A DNA stretch of 64,000 nucleotides from Chloroflexota bacterium (GTDB taxonomy: Bacteria; Chloroflexota; UBA11872; VXOZ01). The notes below the pieces were generated by a model. It worked only from the letters and a program-made list of their open reading frames with translations, did not search any database and was not told the DNA's origin. Shown here in pieces: positions 18,805-28,879 of this stretch. Made by a program: the position numbers and the translations under genes. Positions within the stretch are counted from its first letter, which is position 1, and each line of letters opens with the position of its first letter. Location of the stretch: assembly GCA_963663275.1 (NCBI GenBank), contig OY760183.1, positions 1,088,001 to 1,152,000 on the forward strand, written 5' to 3'.

Positions 18805-20730
18805 CTATTCGGCTTTGGCGGCGGCCGCGGCTTGTTCGGCCGGCTGGCCGTCCGCGGCGGCCTGAGCGGCGCCGTCCTGGGAGGGTTCAGTTTCGGCCGG
18901 CGGCGTGTCCTGCGCCGGCGCGCCTTTCACCCGGTCGACTAGGCGGCGCAACTGTTGATCGTCGGGCGCGACCGCCATGCCCGCCTCGCCGGCCGCCAGG
19001 GCCTCGGCCTCGTTGCCGGTTTCCAGGTGCGTCCAGACCAGCATCCGGTGGAGAAAGGCCTGCGCCGGGGTATCGTCGGCCTGCTTTGCCAGTTCGAGCG
19101 CCTGCTTGAACTGCTCCAGCGCGTCCGCGAACTTGCCGCGCTCGTAGCAGATGCGGCCCAGCACGGCCACCGGCAGGTGATTTTCCGGGTTATCCAGCAC
19201 AAGCTGTTCCGCCACCATCGCCGCCCGCGTATGCTCGCCGGCTACGGCCAGTTGTTGGGCCAGGGCCAGCGCCACGTCCAGGTTGTCCGCATCCTGCCGC
19301 GCCGCCTGCTCCAGCGTCGCCAGCGCCTCCCGGTGTTCGCCTTGCAGCATGTGCTGGAAGGCCAGGGCCAAAGCGGCGGCAACGGAGCCCGGCGCGGGCG
19401 CGGCGGGCGCGGCGGGCGTGGAGTCCGCTTGCGCCGAATCCGCTGCCGGGCTTGGGGCGGCGGGAGCCGCCGCTTCCCTGGCGTCTGCGTCCACGTCCGC
19501 GTCCCGTCGCTGCTCCGGCTGCGAGCGCTTGCGTCCGCCGCTATCCCGTTGAGCGGATGACCCTCGCGATTCCGCGCGGGCCGAGTCCGGCGCCCCGCGC
19601 GACTGGCGGGCGGGGGGCGACTGCCGGGAGCGCGCGCCGCGCCCCCGCTGGCCTTGCGGCTGGCCGTTGCTGCTCTTGGCGGCGCGTTCCAACTCCTGTT
19701 TGCGCGTTTGCACGTCCTTGAACCGGCCGTCCAGGCCGCTGCAGCGGGTATAGGCTTCCAGCGCCTTTTCCGATTCGCCCAGTTTCTCGTAGACCTGACC
19801 CAGGTCGTAGAACGCCTCCGGCTCGTCGTCCTCTTGGCGCACCACGTCTTCCAGTTCACGCGCCGCGTCGCCGAAGCGTCCCAACGCGGCCAGGGTGAGC
19901 GCCAGCCGGTGCCGGTAGCGTGCCTGGCGCGGCATCAAGCGCGCGGCCTGGGAGAAGTGGTTGAGCGCCTGCGATAGCTCGTTGCGCTCGTAGGCGCTGC
20001 GGCCCAGGCTGTACAGGCGGGCGGCGAGCATGTTCCGGTCCACGTGAGTATCCAGCGATTCACCCAGCGACCGTGACGGGGCCAGGGGCGCTTCCGGCGG
20101 CGCGCCCAGCGTCTGGTCCGACTTATCCTTCTCGTGCTCGATCACGTGGGAGAGCAGCAGCCCCAGATCGATGTAGCCGTCGGCCACCAACTTCAAGCCG
20201 GGATCGCTGCCCACGCCAAAGTTGCCCACCATCACCTGCACGCCCCGGTCCCGCAGGCGCGAGAATACCGGGATGAAGTCGCCGTCTCCGGTCAGCGCAA
20301 AGGCTTTATCGTAGAACCCCACGAAGTCGAGCATGTCCAGCGACATCTCGATGTCCAGGTTGCCCTTGTAGCCGCCGCCGGGGAGTTCTTTCGAGCGCTT
20401 GTGCACGACGCGAAAGCCGTGGGTCACCAGATAGTCGAGTTGCTGGCGAAAGCCCTCCACGCGCAGGTCCGTGCCGGTATAGTAATAAGCTCCCAGGAGC
20501 GTATCGTCTCCTCGGAGCTGGTCGCGCACCAGGTGCCACGGCACGCGCATGATGCCGATATCCCGGGCCTGGCGTTCGATGTTGGCCGCGTCGATGAAAA
20601 TCATCAGTCGATGCGGCTTGGTTTGCAGCGGCGTGCCGATTGCGGATCTTTGCGATTCGAGCGGGTGCCCGCAGGCAACACAGATGAGGCTATTCCCCTT
20701 ATTCAAACTTCCACACGTTGGACAATTCAT
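18805..20730 (-). CDS. Zn-ribbon + NYN (LabA/DUF88) RNase domain + TPR repeats fusion
   Basis: CPTC..CVAC; IFIDAAN, KGNLDIEM, TGDGDF, ADGYIDL; two TPR blocks separated by a low-complexity linker. Confidence 0.8.
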   Translation of the reverse strand: MNCPTCGSLNKGNSLICVACGHPLESQRSAIGTPLQTKPHRLMIFIDAANIERQARDIGIMRVPWHLVRDQLRGDDTLLGAYYYTGTDLRVEGFRQQLDYLVTHGFRVVHKRSKELPGGGYKGNLDIEMSLDMLDFVGFYDKAFALTGDGDFIPVFSRLRDRGVQVMVGNFGVGSDPGLKLVADGYIDLGLLLSHVIEHEKDKSDQTLGAPPEAPLAPSRSLGESLDTHVDRNMLAARLYSLGRSAYERNELSQALNHFSQAARLMPRQARYRHRLALTLAALGRFGDAARELEDVVRQEDDEPEAFYDLGQVYEKLGESEKALEAYTRCSGLDGRFKDVQTRKQELERAAKSSNGQPQGQRGRGARSRQSPPARQSRGAPDSARAESRGSSAQRDSGGRKRSQPEQRRDADVDADAREAAAPAAPSPAADSAQADSTPAAPAAPAPGSVAAALALAFQHMLQGEHREALATLEQAARQDADNLDVALALAQQLAVAGEHTRAAMVAEQLVLDNPENHLPVAVLGRICYERGKFADALEQFKQALELAKQADDTPAQAFLHRMLVWTHLETGNEAEALAAGEAGMAVAPDDQQLRRLVDRVKGAPAQDTPPAETEPSQDGAAQAAADGQPAEQAAAAAKAE

Positions 20731-20945
20731 TACAATACGTCGATCCTCACTCTTTCCAATTTGCTTCGCACTACCAAGGCCGCGTGTCCCGCGCGCCCTT
20801 TGCTGGTATGATACCACAGCCTACGCAATGCAATCGTCTGGCGGGGGACGGGCGCCTGCGCGACCTGGCTGGGCGCGGGGCCGTTTTCTCCCATTGCGGG
20901 CCGCGCGCCGGGGCCGGCGCGCCACGCAGCCGCCAAGGAGCATCT

Positions 20946-21815
20946 ATGACCGCGGCGCAGAACACGCGCAAGGTTGGCGTCACCGGCTATCCCCTGACGC
21001 ACACCATTTCGCCCGCATTCCAGCAACCGGCGTTCGACCGCTACGGCATTCCCGCGTCCTACCGGCCGTATCCGGTGACGGCGGCGGCGTTGCCGGCCTT
21101 CATCGCCTCGCTGCGGGAACCGGCGTGGCTCGGCCTGAACGTGACCATTCCCCACAAAGAGGCGGTTGCCGCCCTGGTTGACCGCTGCACCGCCACGGCG
21201 CAGACCATCGGCGCGGTGAACACGCTCTTCAAAGAGGATGGGAAACTCGTTGGCGACAATACCGACGCCCGCGGCTTCCTGACCGCGCTGCGTGAAGACG
21301 GCGCGACCGATCCCGCCGGTACCCGCGTGCTCGTGTTGGGCGCGGGCGGCGCGGGACGCGCCGTGCTGGCGGCCCTGGCCCAGGCCGGCGCGGAGCGGGT
21401 TACACTCGCGAACCGCCACCGGGAGCGCGCCGAAAACCTGCTGGCGGCGCTGGCGGATGCGTTGCGCGCGCGGGATACGTCCGTGGTGGACTGGGATAGC
21501 GCGGCTCTGCGCCAGGCGGCCGCCAACGCCGACATCATCGTGAACTCCACCGCCGTGGGCATGGCAAGCGGGCCGGCGCCGCAGCTTTCACCCCTGCCGC
21601 CGGACGTGTTCCACGGCGGCCAGGTGGTTTTCGATCTGGTCTACACGCCGCGACTCACGCCGCTGCTCCGCCGCGCGCGGGCCGGCGGGGCGCGCGCGCT
21701 GGACGGCCTGCCCATGCTGGTCTATCAAGGCGCCGCCGCTTTCGAACGCTGGACAGGAAAGCCCGCGCCCCTTAAACTGATGAAGGCCAAGGCACTGGCC
21801 GCACTTGGCGCATGA
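20946..21815 (+). CDS. aroE: Shikimate dehydrogenase
   Basis: HTISP, GLNVTIPHK, GAVNT, NTD, GAGGAG, MLVYQG; AAGGAG SD. Confidence 0.95.
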   Translation: MTAAQNTRKVGVTGYPLTHTISPAFQQPAFDRYGIPASYRPYPVTAAALPAFIASLREPAWLGLNVTIPHKEAVAALVDRCTATAQTIGAVNTLFKEDGKLVGDNTDARGFLTALREDGATDPAGTRVLVLGAGGAGRAVLAALAQAGAERVTLANRHRERAENLLAALADALRARDTSVVDWDSAALRQAAANADIIVNSTAVGMASGPAPQLSPLPPDVFHGGQVVFDLVYTPRLTPLLRRARAGGARALDGLPMLVYQGAAAFERWTGKPAPLKLMKAKALAALGA

Positions 21816-21829
21816 ATCCCAGCCAATGG

Positions 21830-22131
21830 CCCCCTCTCCCTCAGGGAGAGGGCCGGGGTGAGGGATGAACCGTTGCCAATTGCTCCCTCTCCCCGTTTTG
21901 GCAGGGGTATGGAAATGTCATTCCGAGCGGAGCGAAGCGGAGAGAGGAATCTAAGGAATGGCCCGGCAATTTCAGCATTCTAGATTCCTCGCTCCGCTCG
22001 GAATGACACGTGGAGTAGGCTATAGAGTGCATACCCCTGTCAACACTTCTCGTAGCAGAGGGCCGGGGTGAGAGGATGAATCCCCGTCAATTACCCCCTC
22101 TCCCCGTGGGAGAGGGCCGGGGTGAGGGGGA
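21830..22131. repeat. CCCTCTCCC..GGGAGAGGGCCGGGGTGAGGG REP cluster with a degenerate GGGCTGACA-type MITE (~21895-22046)
   Basis: Three hairpin copies; the middle one is interrupted by GCAGGGGTATG...CATACCCCTGTCA containing a GTCATT REP pair. Confidence 0.75.
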
Positions 22132-22266
22132 CACGCGGCCGCCGGTGGCTGTTGACGATCATTACACCCGCCTTGCCGCGCCCGCTCTCTGACCGAAGAG
22201 CAAGCCCGCGACCATCGTGTCCGCCGGCCGGCGGCAATTCACCAGACTTAGAGGCAAGAAACCACC

Positions 22267-23442
22267 GTGTTACGTGTACTGAAGATTCTCACCGCCGGTG
22301 AGTCGCACGGGCAGGCGCTCGTGACCATCGTGGAGGGTATGCCGTCCGGCTTGCCGATCTCCGCGGACGAAATCGGCCGCCACATGACCCGCCGCCAGCA
22401 GGGCCACGGGCGCGGCCGCCGCCAGCAGATCGAGAAAGACGCCGCCCAGATTCTCTCCGGCGTGCGCCACGGCCGCAGCATCGGCAGTCCCATCGCCATG
22501 CTGGTCGGCAACAAGGACTGGGAAAACTGGCAGGAGATCATGGCGGTGGAGCCGGTGGAGAAGCCGGTAAAGAAGGTGACGCACCTGCGCCCCGGCCACG
22601 CCGACCTGGTGGGTGTCCTAAAGTACGGCGTGGACGACATTCGCCCCATTCTGGAACGCTCCAGCGCCCGGGAGACGGCGGCGCGCCTGGCGGCCTCGGG
22701 CGTCTGCCGCGCCTTGCTCAGCCACTTTGGCATCCGCATCGCCAGCTACGTTTCCGTGCTCGGGCCGATCGAGATCGACGGCGCGTACGAGGTCACCCAG
22801 CATCCCGAAGCCGTCGATTGGGATGCGCTGGAGGAAGACCCGCTCCGCTGCCCCGACCCGGAGGCAAGCAAGCGGATGGTGGCGCTGATCGACGAGATGA
22901 AGGCGGCCGGCGATAGCCTGGGCGGGGTCTACGACGTGGTGGCGTGGGGTCTGCCCATCGGCCTGGGCAGCCACGTCTTCTGGGACCGGCGCTTGGATTC
23001 ACGCCTGGCGGCGGCGATACTCTCTATCAACGCCACCAAAGGGGTAGAATTCGGCCCGGCGTTCCAGAACGCGCGTTTGCAGGGCTCACAGGTGCAGGAC
23101 CAGATTCGCTTCGAGCAAGGCCGGGGCTTCTCACGCCTGAGCAACCGCGCCGGCGGGCTGGAGGCGGGCATCAGCAACGGCGAACCGCTGCTGGTGCGCG
23201 GCGCGCTCAAGCCGATTTCCACCATCCGCAGCCCGTTGCCCTCCGTAGACCTGGCCACCCTGGAACCGGCCCAAGCCCACTACGAGCGCGCCGACACCAC
23301 CGCCGTGCCGGCCGCGGGCGTGATTGGCGAGGCCATGGTGGCGATGGTGCTGGCCGACGCGTTTCTGGAGAAATTCGGCGGCGACAGCCTGGCCGAGGTG
23401 GAACGCAACTACCGGGGCTACATGGAAGGGCTGCCACAATAG
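22267..23442 (+). CDS. aroC: Chorismate synthase
   Basis: TAGESHG, RPGHADL, ERSSARETA, GDSLGG, SNRAGG, ERAD. Confidence 0.97.
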   Translation: MLRVLKILTAGESHGQALVTIVEGMPSGLPISADEIGRHMTRRQQGHGRGRRQQIEKDAAQILSGVRHGRSIGSPIAMLVGNKDWENWQEIMAVEPVEKPVKKVTHLRPGHADLVGVLKYGVDDIRPILERSSARETAARLAASGVCRALLSHFGIRIASYVSVLGPIEIDGAYEVTQHPEAVDWDALEEDPLRCPDPEASKRMVALIDEMKAAGDSLGGVYDVVAWGLPIGLGSHVFWDRRLDSRLAAAILSINATKGVEFGPAFQNARLQGSQVQDQIRFEQGRGFSRLSNRAGGLEAGISNGEPLLVRGALKPISTIRSPLPSVDLATLEPAQAHYERADTTAVPAAGVIGEAMVAMVLADAFLEKFGGDSLAEVERNYRGYMEGLPQ

Positions 23443-23960
23443 AGAGTGTAGTACTCATCGGCCTTTCGGGCACGGGCAAGTCCTCCGTCGGCAGGCTGTT
23501 GGCGCGCCGGCTGCGCTGGCGCTTCAGCGACAGCGACAGCGAAATCGAACGGCGGGAAGAGCGGCGCATTACGCGCATCTTCCAGGCGGAAGGCGAAGCG
23601 TACTTCCGCGACCTGGAGCGGCGCGTGGTGCGCGAACTCTGCGCCCAACGGCATCACGTGGTCAGCACCGGCGGCGGGGCCGCGCTGGATCCGGAAAACC
23701 GCGCCGCGATGCGGGACGGCAACCTGGTGATCTGGCTGCGCGCCGACCCGGAAACTATCTTCAATCGCCTCAAGTGGAGCGTGCACACCCGCCCGCTGCT
23801 GAAAGACCCCGACCCCTTGGCAAAGATCCGCGCCATGGCGGCGGAACGGCACGACCGCTACGACCAGGCCTGCCACGCGGCGGTGGCGACGGACGGCAAG
23901 AGTCACGAGGCGGCGGCGGAACTTCTCTGGGAACAGGTGCAAGCGTGGAAGAAACGCTGA
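23439..23960 (+). CDS. aroK: Shikimate kinase (probable ATA start)
   Basis: LIGLSGTGKS P-loop, GEAYFRDLE, STGGG, RPLL; no ATG/GTG/TTG near the domain start. Confidence 0.88.
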   Translation: MESVVLIGLSGTGKSSVGRLLARRLRWRFSDSDSEIERREERRITRIFQAEGEAYFRDLERRVVRELCAQRHHVVSTGGGAALDPENRAAMRDGNLVIWLRADPETIFNRLKWSVHTRPLLKDPDPLAKIRAMAAERHDRYDQACHAAVATDGKSHEAAAELLWEQVQAWKKR

Positions 23961-24994
23961 TCGGCCGCGACGTCCTGCCCGACGTGTCCGGCGCTTTGGC
24001 GCGCCACGGCATCGACGGACGGCTCTTCATCATCGCCGACGCGCGTGTGGCGGAGCGCACGGAGAATGCGCTGGCGCGGACACTGGCGGCAAACGGCCAC
24101 GACGTAGCCACGTACCTGGTGCCCTCCGGCGAGGAGAGCAAGAACCTGCGCCAGGCCGAGCGCATCTACCACTGGCTGGCGGAACAGCGGGCCGAACGTA
24201 AGGAGGCGATCCTGGCGTTTGGCGGCGGCGTGGTGGGCGATCTGGCCGGATTCGTGGCCGCCACCTACCTGCGCGGCATGACCTTAGTGCAAGTTCCCAC
24301 TACGCTGGTGGCGCAGATCGACAGCAGCATCGGCGGCAAGGTGGCGGTGGACCTGCCGGAAGGCAAGAACCTGGTCGGCGCATTCTACCCGTCGCTGCTG
24401 ACGTGCATCGACACCCGCTTCCTGGAAACGCTCGCCCCGCGCGACCTGCTGGCCGGTTGGGCGGAGGTCATCAAGACGGCGCTGCTCTTCGACGCGCCGC
24501 TCTTCGGCGAAATCGCGGCCAGAGGCCCGGCCGACCTGACGCCGGAGTTCCTGCTGGAGGTGGTGCCCCGCTGCGTGCGCTGGAAGCAGAAGGTGGTGGC
24601 GGAAGACCCCAAAGAGCAGGGCATCCGCGCGCTGCTCAACTACGGCCATACCATCGGCCACGCCCTGGAAGCGGCCACCGGCTACCGCACCTACCTCCAC
24701 GGCGAGGCGGTTGCCGTCGGCATGAACGGCGCGGCCACTATCGCCCGCCGCTTGGGTCTGCTGGAAGAGGCGGCCTTCGCGGAACAGCAGCGCGTTATCG
24801 CCCAATATTCGCTGCCGCTCCAATACACCGGGGCGGATCCCGCCGCCGTGCACGACGCGATCGCGCTGGACAAGAAGAACCGCCAGGGCCGCGTGCGCTG
24901 GATTCTGCTGGAAGCAACCGGCGCGCCGCTCATGGAAAGCGCCGTGCCGCGGGCGCTCGTGCGCGAGGTGCTGGAAGACCTGCGGGCAAGCTGA
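23945..24994 (+). CDS. aroB: 3-dehydroquinate synthase
   Basis: GEESK, GGGVVGDLAGF, PTTLVAQIDSSIGGK, KNLVGAF, LNYGHTIGHALE, HGEAV. Confidence 0.96.
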   Translation: MEETLIGRDVLPDVSGALARHGIDGRLFIIADARVAERTENALARTLAANGHDVATYLVPSGEESKNLRQAERIYHWLAEQRAERKEAILAFGGGVVGDLAGFVAATYLRGMTLVQVPTTLVAQIDSSIGGKVAVDLPEGKNLVGAFYPSLLTCIDTRFLETLAPRDLLAGWAEVIKTALLFDAPLFGEIAARGPADLTPEFLLEVVPRCVRWKQKVVAEDPKEQGIRALLNYGHTIGHALEAATGYRTYLHGEAVAVGMNGAATIARRLGLLEEAAFAEQQRVIAQYSLPLQYTGADPAAVHDAIALDKKNRQGRVRWILLEATGAPLMESAVPRALVREVLEDLRAS

Positions 24995-25062
24995 GCAACC
25001 ACGTTGTTCGCCACAAATGACACGCGGCTCTCTCTTGCCAACCCGTAAGGGCAAGTGTACCC

Positions 25063-25237
25063 GTAGGGGCAGGCCTCGTGCCTGCCCGTGTCAAGAGGCG
25101 GGGGACAAGCCCCCGTGCTACGGCTTACCGGAAAGGGCAGGTTTACCCGTAGGGGCACGACATGTCGTGCCCCTACTTGTTGACAAGCCCCCGCGCTACG
25201 ACGATGCGACCGGGCGGGGGACAAGCCCCCGCGCTAC
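25063..25237. repeat. Mixed GTAG REP cluster
   Basis: GTAGGGGCAGGCCTCGTGCCTGCCC, GTAGGGGCACGACATGTCGTGCCCCTAC and GCGGGGGACAAGCCCCCGCGCTAC copies. Confidence 0.85.
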
Positions 25238-25353
25238 CAGGAGAAGACAAACAGGGCGGCGTGGAGAGCCGGTCGGAGTGCCGCCACCGGGGTTAGCTGG
25301 TAGAATAGAGACCGTAATTCCCCTTTCGGATTCTTTGCACACCGAGGAAAGCA

Positions 25354-25689
25354 ATGGCACAGTTCATCTTCTTCTATCGCGCTACGCCGGCGGCCATGCA
25401 GCGCATGGGCAGCGCCTCGCCGGAGCAGCAGCAGGCGCACATGGCCAAGTGGCAGGCGTGGACGCGGCAGAACGCGGAGGCGCTGGTGAACGCCGGCACG
25501 CCCGTGAGCGGCGGGCAGGTCCTGACCGCCGAAGGCGCCGGCGGCGTAGACGGCACGATGATGGGCTACGCCATCGTGGAAGCCGAAAACATGGACGCGG
25601 CCCAGGCGATACTGAAGACCGACCCGTTCCTCAGCCAGGGCGAGGGCTGTTCCATCGAGGTCTACGAGTGCATGTCCATGCCGTCGTAG
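25354..25689 (+). CDS. YciI/DGPF-like protein
   Basis: W.AW, G..L, GYAIVEAENMDAA, IEVYE pattern; GAGG SD. Confidence 0.75.
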   Translation: MAQFIFFYRATPAAMQRMGSASPEQQQAHMAKWQAWTRQNAEALVNAGTPVSGGQVLTAEGAGGVDGTMMGYAIVEAENMDAAQAILKTDPFLSQGEGCSIEVYECMSMPS

Positions 25690-25741
25690 GCGTCGCGCGG
25701 GCTCCGGCGCATTGCCGGCCGCAGCAGACGTGAGGAAGATT

Positions 25742-26722
25742 ATGGAATACCGGCAGCTTGGCGCAACCGGCGTGCGCGTCTCCACCATTGCCTACGGCAC
25801 CTTCCCGCTGGGCACGTACAGCGATACCCAGGCGGGCGCGCGCATGATCCACGCCGCCATGGAGCGCGGCGTAAACTTCATCGATACGGCCAACGTCTAC
25901 TTCAAGGGCCGCTCGGAGGAGATCGTGGGCGCGGCGCTGCAGGGGCGGCGGCACGAGGTCGTGCTCGCCAGCAAGTTCGGCCATCCGATGGGCGCGGGCC
26001 CCAACGAAAGAGGCTCCTCGCGCTACCATATCTACCGGGAGGTCGAAGGGTCGTTGCGGCGTCTGGGCACCGACTATCTCGACGTCTATTACATCCACAT
26101 TCCGGACCCCACCACGCCTTTGGAAGAAACGATCCGCGCGCTGGACGACCTGGTACGGCAAGGCAAAGTGCGCTACACTGGCACGTCCCACTTCGGCGGT
26201 TGGCAGATCGCGCGCGGGCTGTGGCTGGCGGAGCGCCACCGGCTGACGCCCTGGGTGGTGGAGCAGCCGCGCTACTGCCTGATCGACCGGGCCATCGAGC
26301 AGGAGGTGGTTCCCATGGCGCAGGCGCTGGGTATCGGCATCGTGGCGCACAGCCCGCTGGGCGGCGGCTTCCTTACCGGCAAGTACAAACCGGGCGAACC
26401 GCCCCCGCCGGATTCCCGCTTTGCCGCGCGCCCGGACGGCATTTCGTCGCTGCCCCGGCACTACGACCTGATGCTGACGGAACCCAACCTGGCCGTGGTC
26501 GAAACGCTGCGGTCGCTCGCGCAGGCGTACCAAACCACGCCCAGCGCCATTGCCCTGGCGTGGGTGCTGGCCCAGCCGTTCGTTTCCTCGGCCATCATCG
26601 GCCCCAAGAATCCTTTCCAACTCCAGGACAATCTGGCAGCCGCGCAGGTGGCGCTCAGCCCGGCGGACGTGGCGCTCCTGGACGACGTTTCGGATTTTGC
26701 CCGGGGTCTGGTGCGCACCTAG
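25742..26722 (+). CDS. Aldo/keto reductase
   Basis: YRQLG, NFIDTANVY, SLRRLGTDYLDVYYIH, GKVRY, SPLGGG.LTGKY. Confidence 0.95.
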   Translation: MEYRQLGATGVRVSTIAYGTFPLGTYSDTQAGARMIHAAMERGVNFIDTANVYFKGRSEEIVGAALQGRRHEVVLASKFGHPMGAGPNERGSSRYHIYREVEGSLRRLGTDYLDVYYIHIPDPTTPLEETIRALDDLVRQGKVRYTGTSHFGGWQIARGLWLAERHRLTPWVVEQPRYCLIDRAIEQEVVPMAQALGIGIVAHSPLGGGFLTGKYKPGEPPPPDSRFAARPDGISSLPRHYDLMLTEPNLAVVETLRSLAQAYQTTPSAIALAWVLAQPFVSSAIIGPKNPFQLQDNLAAAQVALSPADVALLDDVSDFARGLVRT

Positions 26723-26793
26723 CGCGCCTGTGCGTGAGACGGCCGCCAGGAACAATGCCGGTGACGTTCGTTGAATTTCGTTCTCGCCAAGAG

Positions 26794-26960
26794 GCGGGGC
26801 ACAAGCCCCCGCGCTACGGCTTGAACTGGATTACCACAAGGGCGGGGAAGGCTACCGGTCCCCGTAGGGGCGGTTCGCGAACCGCCCCTACCGCGTGGTG
26901 CGATGCGGGGGGCAAGTTCTCGCGCTGCGGTGCGATGCGGGGGACAAGCCCCCGCGCTAC
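26794..26960. repeat. GTAG REP cluster between convergent genes
   Basis: Two GCGGGG(G/C)ACAAGCCCCCGCGCTAC copies and one GTAGGGGCGGTTCGCGAACCGCCCCTAC. Confidence 0.85.
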
Positions 26961-26969
26961 GGTGATGGG

Positions 26970-27902
26970 TTATCCTGAGGCTTGATCGAAGGCATCGCTG
27001 AAGAAGGCGGCCACGCGGTCCACGTAGGGCGCGCCCACCGTGGCGTGGGAGCGGCCGTGGCCGGCGTCGGGCACGATCCAGATCTCCTTCGGCCCGGCGG
27101 CGGCTAGGTAGAGTTGGTAGGCGTCCTGCACGTAGACCACGTCATCTTCCGTGCCGTGAATGATAAGCAGCGGGCACGGGGCGGTCCGCGCGACGCGCGT
27201 CAACGGCTGCACCGCATTGAGCACCTCATCGCGTCTTTCACCGGCAAAGCGGCTGGCAAACCAGACCGTGGGCGCGCGAAAGATCGAGGGCGGCAGACCG
27301 GCGATGCGCCGGAAGCCGTGGTCGATGGCGCCTCGCAGCGTGGCAAACGCGCTATCGGTCACCAGGGCGCGCACGCCGAGGCTTGGCTCGAGCGTAAGCA
27401 GCGCCGTGGCCCCGCCCATGGAGACGCCGTACACGCCGATGCGGTCCGGGTCCACGTCCGGCCGTGACCGGAGATAGGCCAACGCTCCTCGCAGGTCGCT
27501 CTGCTCCCGCAATCCCAACGTGGTCGCTTCGCCTTCGCTCGCCCCGCAGCCGCGAAAGTCCAGCAGCAGGCTCTGGAAGCCCCGTTGGTAGAGGTCGTAC
27601 GCCAGGTGCACCAGGCCGAAGTGGTTCGTGCCGAAGCCGTGCAGCAGCAGCACCGTGCCCGGGGGCCGCGGATGCGCCAGAAACCACCCGGCAAGCCGCA
27701 CGCCGTCGGCGGCGGGAAGCGCCAGCGGTTCCAGCGGAGGCTCGAAGTCGGGGAGTTCCAGGAACCGCCAGCCGCGATCGGGGTGAATCAGGGTCTCACC
27801 CGTGCGCGCGGATATGACCAGCACCACGCCGGCCGCGCCCACTGCGGCCAAGCCGGCCAGCACGAGAATCTGCGCTAAATTTTCGGCCAGCGCCTGCGTC
27901 AC
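26970..27902 (-). CDS. Alpha/beta fold hydrolase with N-terminal membrane anchor
   Basis: LLHGF, DFRGCGASEG, GVSMGG nucleophile elbow, HGTEDDVV, GH. Confidence 0.9.
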   Translation of the reverse strand: MTQALAENLAQILVLAGLAAVGAAGVVLVISARTGETLIHPDRGWRFLELPDFEPPLEPLALPAADGVRLAGWFLAHPRPPGTVLLLHGFGTNHFGLVHLAYDLYQRGFQSLLLDFRGCGASEGEATTLGLREQSDLRGALAYLRSRPDVDPDRIGVYGVSMGGATALLTLEPSLGVRALVTDSAFATLRGAIDHGFRRIAGLPPSIFRAPTVWFASRFAGERRDEVLNAVQPLTRVARTAPCPLLIIHGTEDDVVYVQDAYQLYLAAAGPKEIWIVPDAGHGRSHATVGAPYVDRVAAFFSDAFDQASG

Positions 27903-28154
27903 GCTCTTCCACTTTCTCCATGATTGCCCCGGGGTGGAGGCCGCGTCCCGCACTCATCGTACCAGCGTTTGCGGGCGCGGCACAGATGCCGCCTTGGCGC
28001 TTGCGACCGGTCGCGCCGCCAAGAAGCCCGTTCGTCCTTCGACACGCTCAGGACGAACGGGCTCGTTGGCAGCCCGCAGAGCGGAACATGCGCGGCCTGG
28101 TTCGAACGGGCGCGGCGCGTTTGGATCGGGCGGCATGGGAAGAACGCGCGCCGC

Positions 28155-28826
28155 TTAGCAGGCGAGCGCGTCCGGCAGCGCGGCGACGCTGGGGATGACG
28201 GCGCTAACCGCGTGCGCGGCGAAGTCCGCGCGCGGCGTGACGCCGGAGAGCACGGCGATGAAGTGCGCGCGCGCCCGCCGGGCGGCCGCGGCGTCGGTCA
28301 CGCTGTCCCCCACGTAGCAGGTGGTTGACGGCACGCCGCCCAGGGCCGACATGGCCGCCAACAGCCCTTCGGGATCCGGCTTAGCGGCGGTTACGTCCTC
28401 CCGGCCGACGACCACGTCGAAGTCTCCGCGCAGGTCTTCCCGCTCCAGCACGTGCTCGACCCGGTAGCGAAACTTGGAGGAGACGATGCCCAGAGCAAAC
28501 CCGCGCCGCCTGAGGGCTGTCACCGCCGCGGCTACGTACGGGAAGATCACCGTGTGGTCGGCCATGATGGCGTCCGCGCGCTGGATGAAGAGGCGGTCGA
28601 ACGCTTTGCCGGCGGTGATGAAACGCTCTTCCGGTATGCTCCCGCCGACGATGCGCGCGAAAGCGTCCTCCAGCGAAAGGCCGATGGTGCGCCGGATAAC
28701 GTCCGGCGCGGCGGCCGGCAATCCCAGCGCCTCCAAGGCAAAGTTCGTACAGGCGATGACGCCGGGAGAAGAGTCCGCCAAGGTGTAGTCGAAGTCGAAC
28801 AAGATCGTTCGCACATGGGATGGCAC
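28155..28826 (-). CDS. HAD-superfamily hydrolase (phosphoglycolate phosphatase-like)
   Basis: FDFDYTLADS, SSK, KPDP, YVGDSVTD. Confidence 0.92.
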   Translation of the reverse strand: MPSHVRTILFDFDYTLADSSPGVIACTNFALEALGLPAAAPDVIRRTIGLSLEDAFARIVGGSIPEERFITAGKAFDRLFIQRADAIMADHTVIFPYVAAAVTALRRRGFALGIVSSKFRYRVEHVLEREDLRGDFDVVVGREDVTAAKPDPEGLLAAMSALGGVPSTTCYVGDSVTDAAAARRARAHFIAVLSGVTPRADFAAHAVSAVIPSVAALPDALAC

Positions 28827-28879
28827 GGTGAATCAAGGGAGATTTCGGGTTACTCAATGCGGCGCTTAGGAATACGCGC

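Noticed and set aside
22944-24994. Long N-terminal extensions of the aroK and aroB ORFs suggesting fusions
   Set aside because: The extensions are off-frame readings of aroC and aroK; recognisable domains start at 23439 and 23945
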